This document shows positions 19,121-28,439 of a DNA stretch of 64,000 nucleotides, piece by piece. The position numbers were made by a program, and so were the translations under genes. The stretch spans positions 2,272,001-2,336,000 of the forward strand of contig OY969811.1 in NCBI GenBank assembly GCA_963703315.1. The letters are read 5' to 3'. The notes beneath the pieces are model-generated. The model made no database searches and had not been told where the DNA came from. It saw only the letters and a list, made by a program, of their open reading frames with translations. The DNA is from an uncultured cyanobacterium. GTDB lineage: Bacteria; Cyanobacteriota; Cyanobacteriia; Pseudanabaenales; Pseudanabaenaceae. Every line of letters starts with the position of its first letter. Positions within the stretch are counted from its first letter, which is position 1.

Positions 19121-22100
19121 ATGCCTGAGATCATTACAGAAACTTACAATGCCAATCAGATCCAAGTCCTTGAGGGTCTAGAAGCAGTTCGTAAACGACC
19201 TGGGATGTATATCGGCACAACGGGACCGAAAGGATTACATCACCTCGTTTTTGAAGTCGTTGACAACAGCGTCGATGAAGCCCTTGCAGGACATTGCGAT
19301 CGCATTTTAGTTGAGCTTCTGCCCGATGGCTCTGTCCAAGTCTCCGATAACGGACGCGGCATCCCCATCGATATTCACCCAAAAACTGGTAAATCTGCCC
19401 TCGAAACTGTACTAACTGTCCTCCACGCTGGTGGTAAATTTGGCGATGGTGGTTACAAAGTATCAGGTGGTCTGCACGGTGTCGGTATCTCCGTAGTTAA
19501 TGCCCTTTCCGAATGGGTAGAGGTATCAGTATGGCGCTTAGATACGGTCTATACTCAAAGATACGAGCGCGGTTTTCCTGTTAGTGAACTCATTCCTAGT
19601 AAGAGTCAGGAAACAAGGCGGGGTACACAGGTACGTTTCAAGCCTGATCCGCAAATTTTCACCACGCAAACCGAATTTGAGTACGATATTCTCGCTAGCC
19701 GTCTCAAAGAACTTGCCTACCTCAATGCTGGCGTAAAAATCGAGTATAGCGATCGCCGAGGTGCAGAAGTTCGCACCGATATCTTTTGCTATGAAGGCGG
19801 TATTCGCGAATATGTCGCCTACATGACCCGTGATAAGGAACCGATTCACCCTGACATTATTTATGTGAATGGTGAGCGCGATAACGTGGTAGTGGAAGTT
19901 GCTCTGCAATGGTGCATCGACTCCTACAATGACAACGTTTTAGGCTTTGCGAATAATATTCGTACCATCGATGGTGGTACGCATTTGGAAGGTCTAAAGA
20001 CTGTTCTCACACGGACGATGAACGCGACAGCAAGACGTTTAAAAAAAATCAAAGAGGGTGAATCAAACCTTGCTGGTGAAAACGTTCGCGAAGGTTTAAC
20101 AGCCGTAATTTCGGTTAAAGTTACCGATCCTGAATTTGAGGGTCAAACTAAAACTAAGTTAGGTAATACGGAAGTACGCGGTATTGTTGACTCCTTCGTT
20201 GGTGAAGTTCTCAATGAATATCTAGAGTTTCATCCTGCGGTGGCGACTTCGATTATTGAGAAAGCGTTACAAGCCTTTAACGCTGCAGAAGCCGCCCGTC
20301 GCGCCCGTGAGCTAGTCCGCCGCAAGTCAGCCCTAGAGTCTTCCACTTTACCCGGAAAGCTCGCCGATTGCAGTTCCCGCGATCCGAAGGAATCAGAAAT
20401 TTTCATCGTTGAGGGAGATTCCGCAGGTGGTTGTTTTGATGGAGATACACTTGTAGCTCTAACCGATGGACGTAATCTTAGTTTCAAGGAATTGGTAGAA
20501 GAAGAAAAGGCTGGTCAGCAAAACTTCTGTTACACGATTCGTAACGATGGCACGATTGGGGTTGAGCGCATTATTAATGCCAGAATTACTAAGCAAAATG
20601 CAGAAGTAATTCGAGTCACTCTGGATAATGGTGAGCAGCTAATTTGTACACCTGATCATCCTTTTATGCTGCGCGATCGCACCTATAAGGCGGCGACTGA
20701 ACTTACAACTGATGATTCGTTAATGCCTCTCTATCGCAAGCTGTCTAACAAGCAAGATAAAGGCATAACCATTGATGGCTATGAAATGGTTTGGAATCCC
20801 AAATCAGATGGTTGGTTATTTACTCACATGATCGCAGATTGGTATAACCGCTATCACGGCGTGTATGAGCAGTCATCAGGTGAACATTGCCATCATCTTG
20901 ATTTCAATAAACTGAATAATAATCCAAGCAATCTCAAACGTTTGCCAGTTTCCGAACATTTGCAATTGCATCAAGTTCACATTGCTAAAACCTTGCATCG
21001 TCCTGAAGTGATTGAAAAATGCCGTCAATTAAAAACTACGGAAGAATTTCGCGATCGCATGAGTCAGAGGATGCAGGAACCTGCAACTAGAGAAATCCTC
21101 TCGCAACAGGCAAAAGCTCAGTGGCAAGACGCTGATTACAAAGCCTATATGACTGCGAAGTGGCGGGAATTCTATGAAAGCAATCCTGATTATCAACAAC
21201 AAAATCGTCAGCAGTTAGATCAGAGTCAGCGAGAATATTGGAGTAATCCTGAACACCGTCAGCAGCAATCTACAAGAACAAAAGAGTTTTTTGCTCAAAA
21301 TCCTGAAGCCAGACAACGCTTATCAGAAATTGCCCAGCAACAATGGCAAGATCCAGAATTGATCGATTGGCGACGGGTAAAAACTCAGGAGCAATGGACA
21401 GATAGCTTTAGAGCAAAACGTAAGTCGGCACTGCAACAAACTTATTACCGCAAAACCTTAGCTGCTCTTAAACAAGTTGCGGTTGAGAATGGTTGTCTTG
21501 ATTTAGATGCCTATCGTGCTTATCGCATTGATACGCGCGATAAATCTCTACTCAAGTTTGAGACATTTTGCGATCGCTATTTTGCAGGTAATTCTGACCT
21601 TGCAGTTGAGGCGGTGGCTAATTACAATCACCGCATTGCTAAGATTGAGAAACTAACTGATCGCATTGATGTTTATGACATCGAAGTGCCAAATACTCAT
21701 AACTTTGCGCTTGCTAGTGGTGTGTTTGTGCATAACAGTGCCAAACAAGGACGCGATCGCCATTATCAGGCAATCCTTCCATTGCGCGGTAAAGTTCTCA
21801 ATATCGAACGCGCCGATGACAGCAAGATTTATAAAAACAACGAAATCCAAGCCCTGATTACGGGATGTGGTTTGGGGATTAAAGGCGAAGACTTTAACGA
21901 GTCCCAACTGCGTTATCACAAAATCATTCTACTAGCGGATGCGGACGTGGATGGAGCGCACATTCGCACCCTTTTACTCACCTTCTTCTATCGCTATCAG
22001 CGAGAACTGCTCGATCGCGGATTTATCTATATTGGTTGCCCTCCACTATATAAATTGGAGCGCGGCAAAAATGCTCAGTACTGCTATAGCGATCGCGATT

Positions 22101-22360
22101 TACAAGCAGCGATCGCCTCTTTCCCTCCTAATGCTAACTACAACATTCAGCGCTTTAAAGGTTTGGGCGAAATGATGCCTCAACAGCTATGGGAAACGAC
22201 GATGAACCCTGCCACGCGATCGCTCAAGCGCCTGACCATCGAAGATGCTGCCGAAGCCGATCGCATTTTCACAATCTTGATGGGTGACAAAGTTGCACCA
22301 CGTCGTGAATTTATCGAGACTTACGGCTCGAAACTGGGGCTTGCGGATCTCGATATCTAA
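19121..22360 (+). CDS. gyrB: DNA gyrase subunit B precursor containing an intein
   Basis: LEAVRKRPGMYIG, SGGLHGVG, EGDSAGG/SAKQGR, PLRGK, DADVDG, QRFKGLGEM; ATG at 19121 preferred. Confidence 0.97.
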   Translation: MPEIITETYNANQIQVLEGLEAVRKRPGMYIGTTGPKGLHHLVFEVVDNSVDEALAGHCDRILVELLPDGSVQVSDNGRGIPIDIHPKTGKSALETVLTVLHAGGKFGDGGYKVSGGLHGVGISVVNALSEWVEVSVWRLDTVYTQRYERGFPVSELIPSKSQETRRGTQVRFKPDPQIFTTQTEFEYDILASRLKELAYLNAGVKIEYSDRRGAEVRTDIFCYEGGIREYVAYMTRDKEPIHPDIIYVNGERDNVVVEVALQWCIDSYNDNVLGFANNIRTIDGGTHLEGLKTVLTRTMNATARRLKKIKEGESNLAGENVREGLTAVISVKVTDPEFEGQTKTKLGNTEVRGIVDSFVGEVLNEYLEFHPAVATSIIEKALQAFNAAEAARRARELVRRKSALESSTLPGKLADCSSRDPKESEIFIVEGDSAGGCFDGDTLVALTDGRNLSFKELVEEEKAGQQNFCYTIRNDGTIGVERIINARITKQNAEVIRVTLDNGEQLICTPDHPFMLRDRTYKAATELTTDDSLMPLYRKLSNKQDKGITIDGYEMVWNPKSDGWLFTHMIADWYNRYHGVYEQSSGEHCHHLDFNKLNNNPSNLKRLPVSEHLQLHQVHIAKTLHRPEVIEKCRQLKTTEEFRDRMSQRMQEPATREILSQQAKAQWQDADYKAYMTAKWREFYESNPDYQQQNRQQLDQSQREYWSNPEHRQQQSTRTKEFFAQNPEARQRLSEIAQQQWQDPELIDWRRVKTQEQWTDSFRAKRKSALQQTYYRKTLAALKQVAVENGCLDLDAYRAYRIDTRDKSLLKFETFCDRYFAGNSDLAVEAVANYNHRIAKIEKLTDRIDVYDIEVPNTHNFALASGVFVHNSAKQGRDRHYQAILPLRGKVLNIERADDSKIYKNNEIQALITGCGLGIKGEDFNESQLRYHKIILLADADVDGAHIRTLLLTFFYRYQRELLDRGFIYIGCPPLYKLERGKNAQYCYSDRDLQAAIASFPPNANYNIQRFKGLGEMMPQQLWETTMNPATRSLKRLTIEDAAEADRIFTILMGDKVAPRREFIETYGSKLGLADLDI
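20432..21736 (+). mobile_element. 435-aa intein with HNH homing endonuclease
   Basis: Starts CFDGDT after EGDSAGG, block B CTPDHPF, HNH motif HHLDFNKLNNNPSNL, ends VYDIEV..HNF..VHN followed by +1 Ser. Confidence 0.95.
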
Positions 22361-22391
22361 ACAAAAAAGGCGGCGCAATGCGCCGCCTTTT

Positions 22392-23846
22392 TTATGGTAA
22401 TTGATTGACAAATTCTCGAAAGGTTTGGGTCGAATCTCGACGCTGATTTTGATAATTCTTCAATAATTGCTCAATTAGAGCAGGTATATTTTCGGTATGA
22501 GATTCTGTATATACTTCCCTACCAAAGTTAGTATCGCCATCACCTATATAAACTCTGTAAGCTTCGGGATTATTTTTATCCTTGGACTGAATTCCTACTA
22601 GAGCAATATCACTGGGGTGATGCTGAGCGCAAGACTTATCACATCCTGAGAAGTGGATATTGATGGGATGATCAAGCTCGATACATTTCTCCAAATAAGT
22701 AGCAACTTTTTTCGCGTCAGCTTGCGTATCCGTAAATGCTGATTTGCATCCTTTATATCCAGAACAAGCAGCGATCGCTGAATATGGATGATTAGCAGAA
22801 ATAGATAATCCTAAATTCAAGATTGCCTCTGTTACCTCCTCGATATCAGCTTCAGCAATATCCGTAATTAGCAGATTTTGATAAGGTGTTAACCGTAAAG
22901 CCCCACCACCATATTGTTTTGCCAAATTTCCTAAACCTTGAACCTGAGCAACCGTTAATCTTCCTAAAGGAACAACCACACCAATATAGAAAAGTCCTGA
23001 TTGCTTCTGAGGATGAATCCCTAAATGCTCATAAACCTCAAACGATCTTATTCCCCTCTCCCCTAATGGGAGAGGGGCTAGGGGTGAGGGTCTTAATGCA
23101 TAACCTAGTTTCTGCTCAACTAGATCCAGATACTTTTCTACACCCCAATCTTGAACTAGTTCTCTCAATCTAGGAGGACGCGATCGCGAACAATTTTGAT
23201 CGAGCCTTTGCTCTGTATATTCACGATAAACTTCTGTCAGTAATGCAAGAACTTCGAGAATTTGTGTCTGAGAAATTAAAACACCGACTGGTGAAGGAGA
23301 ATCACCACGATCGCCTAAACCTAAATGTAAATCAAAGTAAATCTCGCTATCAATCTCAATTGCTTTTAAACAAATATCATTGGGGCGATCGCTGACAACA
23401 ATAGTTTCACCACCATCAAAGCAAACACTAAACTTATTTGAGAGAATTGCTAATTCTAGATGCTGTGACAGATAGACATTCCATTCTTTGACAAAAGGAA
23501 TTGTATTGATTTTAGCGTAAGGATCGATTCCTGCGCTAGGACTCGCCATGATGTTGCGTAAGCCGTCCGTACTCGACTCACTCGAAGCTAGTCCATAGTC
23601 TTGCAGATCGAGCAGAGTATCAAAACTCAGAGCCTGACTGGTGCGAATTTGCAAGTTAGCACGATTAGTAATTTGAATTTCATCATTTCCAAATTGCTTA
23701 ACAACCTGTACAAGAAGTTCGCATTGTGTAGAAGTAATCACCCCCGCAGGTAAACGGATACGCGAAAGAATGCCATCTTGGGCAGTGGTGGCATTAAAGA
23801 GACTGGGACAAATAGCTGTAGTAGATTGCAATTGAGAAAATTCCAA
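22392..23846 (-). CDS. cobG: Precorrin-3B synthase (nitrite/sulfite reductase-like)
   Basis: CPSLF..AQDGILSRIRLPAG, ITNRANLQIR, RNIMASP, ACSGYKGC, HFSGCDKSCA; directly downstream of cobW. Confidence 0.85.
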   Translation of the reverse strand: MEFSQLQSTTAICPSLFNATTAQDGILSRIRLPAGVITSTQCELLVQVVKQFGNDEIQITNRANLQIRTSQALSFDTLLDLQDYGLASSESSTDGLRNIMASPSAGIDPYAKINTIPFVKEWNVYLSQHLELAILSNKFSVCFDGGETIVVSDRPNDICLKAIEIDSEIYFDLHLGLGDRGDSPSPVGVLISQTQILEVLALLTEVYREYTEQRLDQNCSRSRPPRLRELVQDWGVEKYLDLVEQKLGYALRPSPLAPLPLGERGIRSFEVYEHLGIHPQKQSGLFYIGVVVPLGRLTVAQVQGLGNLAKQYGGGALRLTPYQNLLITDIAEADIEEVTEAILNLGLSISANHPYSAIAACSGYKGCKSAFTDTQADAKKVATYLEKCIELDHPINIHFSGCDKSCAQHHPSDIALVGIQSKDKNNPEAYRVYIGDGDTNFGREVYTESHTENIPALIEQLLKNYQNQRRDSTQTFREFVNQLP

Positions 23847-23888
23847 AAAATAATTACATTGTGAAGGCGCAATGCGCCTTCACAATGT

Positions 23889-24929
23889 CTATAAACTTAG
23901 CGCCGCTTCAATCTGCGATCGCTCTAAAGATTGACCGATAAATACTAAACGAGTTTGGCGAGTTTCATCACTAGCCCAAAGTCGATCATAAGAAGTCTCA
24001 AGGCGATCGCCTACACCTTGTAAAACCATCCGCATCGGTTTGTTCGGCACATTCACAAATCCCTTAATGCGATAAATTTCCTGATCAGCGATCGCTTGTT
24101 TGAGCGAAGCTAATAACTGAGTTGGCTCAAAAGCTTGCTCAGTTACGATATTAATCGAATTAATATCATCATCATGCTCATGTTCTTCTTCAGAATCATG
24201 ATGGCTAGGACGAGAATCTAAATTATCCTCAACCGCCGCATTAAAACCCAACAGAATCTCAGAGCTAATTTTGCCTTCATCGCAAGCGATCACCTTAACC
24301 CCTTCGCGCAATTCTTGCTTAAGCCATGAATGCACTTTATTTTGAGCGTCGGCATCCACCAAATCTGTTTTGGTTAATAAAACCAAATCGGCACAGGCTA
24401 ACTGATCTTCAAATAACTCTTCAATGGGAGTTTCATGCTCGAGATTGGGATCTTCTTGACGCTGAGCATTTAAAGCATCCAGATCACCGACCAATTTGCC
24501 ACTAGCAACTGCCTCGCAGTCAACAACGGCAATCACACCGTCAACCGTTGCGCCATTGCGAATTTCTTGCCAACGGAACGCTTGAATTAAGGGTTTTGGT
24601 AATGCTAAGCCAGAGGTTTCGATGAGAATGCAATCAATGCGATCGCGTCTTTTTAGAAGTTCCTGCATCGTTGGCAAGAATTCCTCTTGCACGGTGCAGC
24701 AAAGACAGCCATTGGTCAGTTCCACAATATTGGGTGTAACCTCTGTGCCATCTTCATCACAAACACGACAAGAACGCAGCAAGTCGCCATCAATCCCGAT
24801 CTCACCAAATTCATTTACAAGTACAGCAATGCGCCGACCTTGATTATTTTGTAACTGCTCCCGAATGAGCGTAGTTTTGCCACTGCCCAAAAAGCCAGTA
24901 ATCACAGTTACAGGTATTTTCGCTGCCAT
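23889..24929 (-). CDS. cobW: Cobalamin biosynthesis GTPase CobW
   Basis: KIPVTVITGFLGSGKTT, GCLCCTVQEEFLP, ETSGLALPKPL, His/acidic patch, LVFIG. Confidence 0.93.
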   Translation of the reverse strand: MAAKIPVTVITGFLGSGKTTLIREQLQNNQGRRIAVLVNEFGEIGIDGDLLRSCRVCDEDGTEVTPNIVELTNGCLCCTVQEEFLPTMQELLKRRDRIDCILIETSGLALPKPLIQAFRWQEIRNGATVDGVIAVVDCEAVASGKLVGDLDALNAQRQEDPNLEHETPIEELFEDQLACADLVLLTKTDLVDADAQNKVHSWLKQELREGVKVIACDEGKISSEILLGFNAAVEDNLDSRPSHHDSEEEHEHDDDINSINIVTEQAFEPTQLLASLKQAIADQEIYRIKGFVNVPNKPMRMVLQGVGDRLETSYDRLWASDETRQTRLVFIGQSLERSQIEAALSL

Positions 24930-25071
24930 AATTTGTCTCTAAAAATTTTTAAAAACCACATCTCAGGGTTTGTATGGTCGGTACATAGCACCGCCCATAC
25001 AAACTCTTGATAATTGCCAAAATTGCAAAAGTAGGGGCAACTCATGAATTGCCCCTACTTTGATGAATGCT

Positions 25072-25746
25072 CTAACCTTTAGGTGCAGGGATGATCAGAG
25101 AAGAAATATTCGAGGCTAAAAACGCAGCACCAATTCCGCAAATTACTAATCCTGCTGACTTGAGGCTAGGTGCTACTTGAGCAAAATCACCTTTGAGGAC
25201 TTTTTGAGCAACAAAGAAAGCGGAACCCGAAATAACTAGTTGAATTAAGGTGAAGCCAACTAAATAAGAAACTAAAGCGGTAGTTTGTGCGCCAAAAATT
25301 GCTTCCCCATAGGCATGACCGTGAAACAGTCCTGAAGCTGCGGATAAGGCAATCATCACTAATGCGTTAGGGCTATTTTTAGTGGCTAGCAAAATGCCAA
25401 ATAGCAAGATTGAAGCTGAGACTACTAGCTCTACTACAGGCAAATTCACACCCATGAGGTGAAGTCCAGTGCCAATCATTGCCGATAGAACGAAGGATAG
25501 GGGAATGAAGAAACCTTGAGGTTTGACTGCTGCAAATAAACCGACAGCAACAATAAAGGCAAGATGGTCAACCCCAATTACAGGGTGCGCCAATCCTGAC
25601 ATGAAGCCTTCAAAAAAGTTACTCGGAACTCTGCCGCCCATCGGATGATGCGCTGAGGCGGGACTAGCAAATACTAAAAAGCTAAAACCAAAGGCGATCG
25701 CCAAAGCTTTAGACTGAAATGACGAAAAAATCTTAGACAAATTCAT
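25072..25746 (-). CDS. hupE: HupE/UreJ family Ni/Co transporter
   Basis: Signal peptide ending ASA-HH, GLAHPVIGVDH, GLFHGHAYG. Confidence 0.9.
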   Translation of the reverse strand: MNLSKIFSSFQSKALAIAFGFSFLVFASPASAHHPMGGRVPSNFFEGFMSGLAHPVIGVDHLAFIVAVGLFAAVKPQGFFIPLSFVLSAMIGTGLHLMGVNLPVVELVVSASILLFGILLATKNSPNALVMIALSAASGLFHGHAYGEAIFGAQTTALVSYLVGFTLIQLVISGSAFFVAQKVLKGDFAQVAPSLKSAGLVICGIGAAFLASNISSLIIPAPKG

Positions 25747-25782
25747 ACTCTGTGACTCGCAGATATGGACAAATTAAACTAG

Positions 25783-26030
25783 TTCTAGCGGGCATCCTGA
25801 CTTTAAGCACTTAAATTTAAGTTTCTAAAAGAAAACTAACAACAACATATTTAGAATATGTTGTTTGATTTTGAAATTAGTGTTAGCTAATTTCAAAATC
25901 TCTTAAGTACCTTTACAGTTGCGGTACAGCGTTGGACTTTCACCAAACTTTCCCCATTTGAGATTTAGATAAACAAAAGTATTTAGCTTAATCTCATTTT
26001 TAACGGCTGTTCCCCGTTAAAACTAGAACG
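25783..26030 (-). promoter_or_regulatory. Cobalamin (B12) riboswitch
   Basis: Minus strand reads GGGGAAAGTTTGGTGAAAGTCCAACGCTGTACCGCAACTGTAA ... AAGTCAGGATGCCCGC (B12 box) in the leader of hupE-cobW-cobG; boundaries approximate. Confidence 0.9.
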
Positions 26031-26215
26031 GCTTTACGACTTTACAATAATTCGCATACGTTATGAGCAAATCTTGGCAATCGATAGCTAAGAAGTCGTA
26101 CTTTGCACGACTTCTCTTTTTGAGATTTAAAAGGTTAAGTTTTAGCTGTTGCTTCTCGATACTTGCAAAACCTATGATGAAATCTAGATGAACTCAAATT
26201 TGTGAGCAAATTTTT

Positions 26216-26545
26216 ATGGCTAATATCCGTGAAGTAACTGGCGATCCTAATGAATTTTGGAGTGAGCTAAGTTGGTCAGATCTCACTAGTGACGAGCAAG
26301 CTCTTTGGACGCAATTAGGCTGGAGCGAAGAAAGTTGGGATGAAGAGGAAGATTTTCCTGAATGGGATGATCTGTCCAGTGAAGACAAAAAACTTTGGGG
26401 TGTGCTTGGCTGGAGCAAAGATAGCTGGGAAGGTGAAGATGATATCCCTGAATCGGCTGAAAAAGCTTGGGAAGACCTTACTAGTGACGAGCAAGCTGCC
26501 GCAATTAAGCTTGGCTATACCCCAGAAAAATGGGATGACGAGTAG
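26216..26545 (+). CDS. Very acidic Trp-rich three-repeat hypothetical protein
   Basis: Three copies of W-x-D-L-(T/S)-S-(D/E)..LG(W/Y)....W(D/E); ATG start; hairpin downstream. Confidence 0.8.
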   Translation: MANIREVTGDPNEFWSELSWSDLTSDEQALWTQLGWSEESWDEEEDFPEWDDLSSEDKKLWGVLGWSKDSWEGEDDIPESAEKAWEDLTSDEQAAAIKLGYTPEKWDDE

Positions 26546-26694
26546 TTATCAAGAGATGGGTGGCAAGTATTGCCACCCATCTCTTTAAGGTTTCGTTTTG
26601 CGACTTAACAAGTATGATTTTTGAGCGATATCAACGATTTAAAAAATTCTGATCATAAATTCACTCATTTTGCGCTAGAATAACGAAGCCTTTC

Positions 26695-26777
26695 GGGGGT
26701 GTGGCGGAATGGTAGACGCTACGGACTTAAAATCCGTTGACCGTAAGGTCGTAAGGGTTCAAGTCCCTTCACCCCCA
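26695..26777 (+). tRNA. trnL: tRNA-Leu(UAA), intron-less
   Basis: Acceptor GGGGGTG/CACCCCC+A, D arm GCGGAATGGTAGACGC, anticodon arm ACGGA-CTTAAAA-TCCGT, long variable arm, GGTTCAAGTCC T arm; CCA not encoded. Confidence 0.97.
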
Positions 26778-27237
26778 CTTTATTTTTGTCCTCTCTGACT
26801 TACTTTCAAGCTTGAGTAAGTCTTAGTTTTTTGATTATGATCTGGCGTAATCTATTCATGATATATGGTTTCATGGACTTCTTTAGAATTTCCCATCTGC
26901 TGCGATGTACAGAGATGATAAATGCCGTAAGAGAAAAATTTTAGACTATACGAAAGATGTACAAGTTCAGATGTGTCAGTCGTATTGAATTATAATTGCT
27001 AAACTGAAGTTCATGTATTACTCTTTTTAATCTAGGGAAAATAAGTATTTTGATTACAAATGCCTTAGAGTTGCGATAAAGTAACTCAAAAACTTTTATG
27101 GTTTAGAATACAAAAATTAGCGGGCTTAGAAAAGTAATGATATAGCTTGTTCAGCTTTGTACATCATTAATTATGAAAAATATTGCCTTTAGCACCACCC
27201 AAAAGTTCTATATGATGCCGTTTTTAAGTGGGGAATT

Positions 27238-28356
27238 ATGAGAATAGCTTTAGTCCATGACTATCTAACACAAAGGGGTGGCGCTGAAAGGGTATTTGAA
27301 CAACTATGTACACATTTCCCAACTGCGGATATTTATACATCTATCTACGATCCCCGACATACGATTGACTTAGGCGATCGCCCAGTTCATACAACTTGGT
27401 TACAAAAAATTCCTGCAACCCGCAAATACTTTCGACTATTTGCGCCTTTTTACTATGCCGCCTTTAGATCTTTAAATCTTAAGGACTACGACTTAATCAT
27501 AAGTAGCAGTTCCAGTTTTTCTAAAGGAGTACAAAAAAGACCTGATGCTGTGCATATCTGCTTTTGCCATAACATCACTCGGTTTCTTTGGGATACCGAT
27601 ACTTACTTACGAGGTTACGGTACATATAGCTTTTTACAACCCTTGATTGAGCTAGTTTTTAAGGTTATGCGACATCAGGATTGTGTATATGCTCAATCTC
27701 CTGACTATTACATCGCTAATTCCAATATCGTAGCCAAACGCATTCAAGATGTGTACAAAAAAGACGCTCTAGTCTTCAACTATCCAATTGCCGCCCAGCG
27801 ATTTACCTTTTCAGATCAAAAAGATGACTATTCTTTAGTTTGTTCACGACACATTAGCTACAAGAGACTCGATATTATCGTTGAAGCATTTAATGAATTA
27901 GGATTACCTTTAATCATTACAGGTGATGGACCGAAAATGAAAGAGTTGCAAGCCCAAGCCCATAGCAACATTAAGTTTCTGGGTCATGTGAATGATCTCG
28001 AACGTTGTCATTTAATGTCTAAGGCAAAATTTGTGATTGTAGCAGCTTTAGAAGATTATGGACTTGTGCCGATTGAAGCCAATGCTAGTGGTACGCCTGT
28101 AATCGCCTATGGTGCTGGGGGAGTTCTCGATACACAAATTTCAGGTGTAACAGGAATTTTATTTGAGAAGCAAACGGCTGAATCTCTCAGAGACGCGATG
28201 ATTGAAGCTCAAAAGGTTGATTGGAACTATGCAAAAATTAGAGACCATGCTATTTCTAATTTTTCCGAGGAGATCTTCTTCAAGAAAGTTGATCATCTAT
28301 TAGAACAACTATTTAGCTCTAAATATAGCAATATACAAGTTAAGCAAGAAGTTTGA
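27238..28356 (+). CDS. Glycosyltransferase family 4
   Basis: MRIALVHDYLTQRGGAERV, EDYGLVPIEANASGTPVIA. Confidence 0.92.
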   Translation: MRIALVHDYLTQRGGAERVFEQLCTHFPTADIYTSIYDPRHTIDLGDRPVHTTWLQKIPATRKYFRLFAPFYYAAFRSLNLKDYDLIISSSSSFSKGVQKRPDAVHICFCHNITRFLWDTDTYLRGYGTYSFLQPLIELVFKVMRHQDCVYAQSPDYYIANSNIVAKRIQDVYKKDALVFNYPIAAQRFTFSDQKDDYSLVCSRHISYKRLDIIVEAFNELGLPLIITGDGPKMKELQAQAHSNIKFLGHVNDLERCHLMSKAKFVIVAALEDYGLVPIEANASGTPVIAYGAGGVLDTQISGVTGILFEKQTAESLRDAMIEAQKVDWNYAKIRDHAISNFSEEIFFKKVDHLLEQLFSSKYSNIQVKQEV

Positions 28357-28439
28357 CCCAAAAGACTGATAGCGGCGCTTCGCGCCGCTATCAATCTTTT
28401 CGGTTTTAATTTGTCCTAACTTACTCAGGCATTGCGATA

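Noticed and set aside
26777..27237. tRNA-anchored integrative element
   Set aside because: No integrase and no duplicate of the tRNA 3' end seen in the window; only AT-rich intergenic DNA
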